This document shows positions 63,125 to 64,000 of a stretch of 64,000 nucleotides of DNA, piece by piece. Positions within the stretch are counted from its first letter, which is position 1. The number at the start of each line of letters is the position of its first letter. Source of the stretch: Pelagomonas calceolata. Taxonomy: Eukaryota. The DNA lies in contig CAKKNE010000004.1 of the NCBI GenBank assembly GCA_918797485.1, positions 1,860,001-1,924,000 on the forward strand. Direction: 5' to 3'. The notes below the pieces were generated by a model, which had not been told where the DNA came from, did not search any database, and saw only the letters and a program-made list of their open reading frames with translations. The translations under genes and the position numbers were made by a program.

Positions 63125-64000
63125 ATGCCCCCGGGCCTCGACGACGCGATGGAGGGGCGGGACGACGACGGCGCGCCGCCGGAGCGCCCGCGCGAGCGGC
63201 GTCGCGTCGCGGAGGACGCGACGCTCGCGCCCGGCCACGCGTACGTGGTCATGGAGAACGTCTACGACAAGCTCCAGCTCCTGGACTGCGCGGGCGGCTT
63301 CGCCCGGCCGCGCGACCAGAAGCCCATCACGCGCTGGGAGTTCGCGGCGCCGGGGCCGAACCCGTCGGTGCAGTTCGCGCTCTTCCTCGAGCTCTGCGGC
63401 TGGCTCGTGGAGCGCGCGACGGGCGACGGTAAAGCGTTTGCCGTGGACAAGTTCGACGACCCGACGACGGCGACCAATAAACTCATGCTCGCGCTGCGGA
63501 AGCTCGAGTTCGGCGCCGACTTCCCGCCGCAGCAGCTCAAGCGGGCGCACGGCGACGCGTGCGTCGGCGTGCTCGACTTTTTGACGGGAAAGGCCGTCGC
63601 GCGGCACTTCGTCTGGCAGCGGCCGGAGTACGACGACGCGGGCGAGGAGGAGCTGCCCGTGGACGAGGACGCGGACGTCGGCGACGCGATCGAGGACGAT
63701 ATTGAAGCCTGCGAGGACGACGAGGCCCTCTTCGTCGAGGCGCCGGCCGACGAGCCCGAGGTCTCCGAGGAGCGCGCGGCGCAGCGCGAGATCCTGAAGA
63801 GCAACGTTGACCGCGTGGCCTGGAAGACGGAGCTCGAGCGCGTCGGCCCGCGGCTCCGCCTCGCGCAGCGGCGCGCGGCGGGCAAGGAGTGGCGCGCGCA
63901 CGTCGACCTCACGCGCGCGTCGGCCGGCGTCATCCGGTCGACGTTCCCGCCGACGCGCGCGCAGCTCGACGACCTCGGCCGCGCCGCGGCGGACGCCTCG
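63125..64000 (+). CDS. IFT57: Intraflagellar transport protein 57, 3'-partial (runs off the window; absent from the ORF track)
   Basis: My translation from ATG 63125: VMENVYDKLQLL..NPSVQFALFLELCGWL..KFDDPTTATNKLML..DFPPQQLKRAHGDACVGVLDFL..AWKTELERVGPRLR..KEWRAHVD. Confidence 0.92.
   Translation, partial: MPPGLDDAMEGRDDDGAPPERPRERRRVAEDATLAPGHAYVVMENVYDKLQLLDCAGGFARPRDQKPITRWEFAAPGPNPSVQFALFLELCGWLVERATGDGKAFAVDKFDDPTTATNKLMLALRKLEFGADFPPQQLKRAHGDACVGVLDFLTGKAVARHFVWQRPEYDDAGEEELPVDEDADVGDAIEDDIEACEDDEALFVEAPADEPEVSEERAAQREILKSNVDRVAWKTELERVGPRLRLAQRRAAGKEWRAHVDLTRASAGVIRSTFPPTRAQLDDLGRAAADAS

Noticed and set aside
15569..63933. Many long Arg/Ala/Gly/Pro-rich ORFs in the track (e.g. 16108-18033, 42859-45294, 59318-60766)
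   Set aside because: Shadow and antisense frames of real genes; stops are rare at this GC content.
1..64000. tRNA/rRNA genes and an autonomous transposase for the introners
   Set aside because: None recognisable by eye; tRNAscan/Infernal and DDE HMM searches would be needed to exclude them.

Overview
Eukaryotic nuclear DNA, most likely a pelagophyte alga (Aureococcus/Pelagomonas-like). This is inferred from the GC3-saturated compact genes, plastid-targeted proteins, DUR3, CPI1 and TIR-type introner elements. The window has two compositional regimes, judged by eye. Positions ~1-12.5 kb are about 45-52% GC and hold a multi-exon IFT140, a divergent kinesin/coiled-coil gene, orphan AT-rich ORFs and a 450-bp fold-back. 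The rest holds about 30 tightly packed, very GC-rich genes separated by AT-richer spacers full of repeat debris. Eleven introns derive from one family of non-autonomous DNA transposons (TIR CTGTGTGGAAATCAA, 8-bp TSD supplying the GT/GC donor). They occur in both orientations and at graded stages of decay, and splicing them out repairs many ORFs that the ORF track shows broken. One repaired gene (12848-14943) fuses a large-DNA-virus-type HNH-like domain to tandem Tudor-like domains. Other notable signals are recurrent CCTACGGTACCGTAGG palindromic patches at apparent junctions, a LINE-like 3' end family with (TTTA)n tails, a motif shared by divergent promoters, and an IFT57 gene missed by the ORF track. 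All protein calls are by motif recognition from memory; no searches were run.
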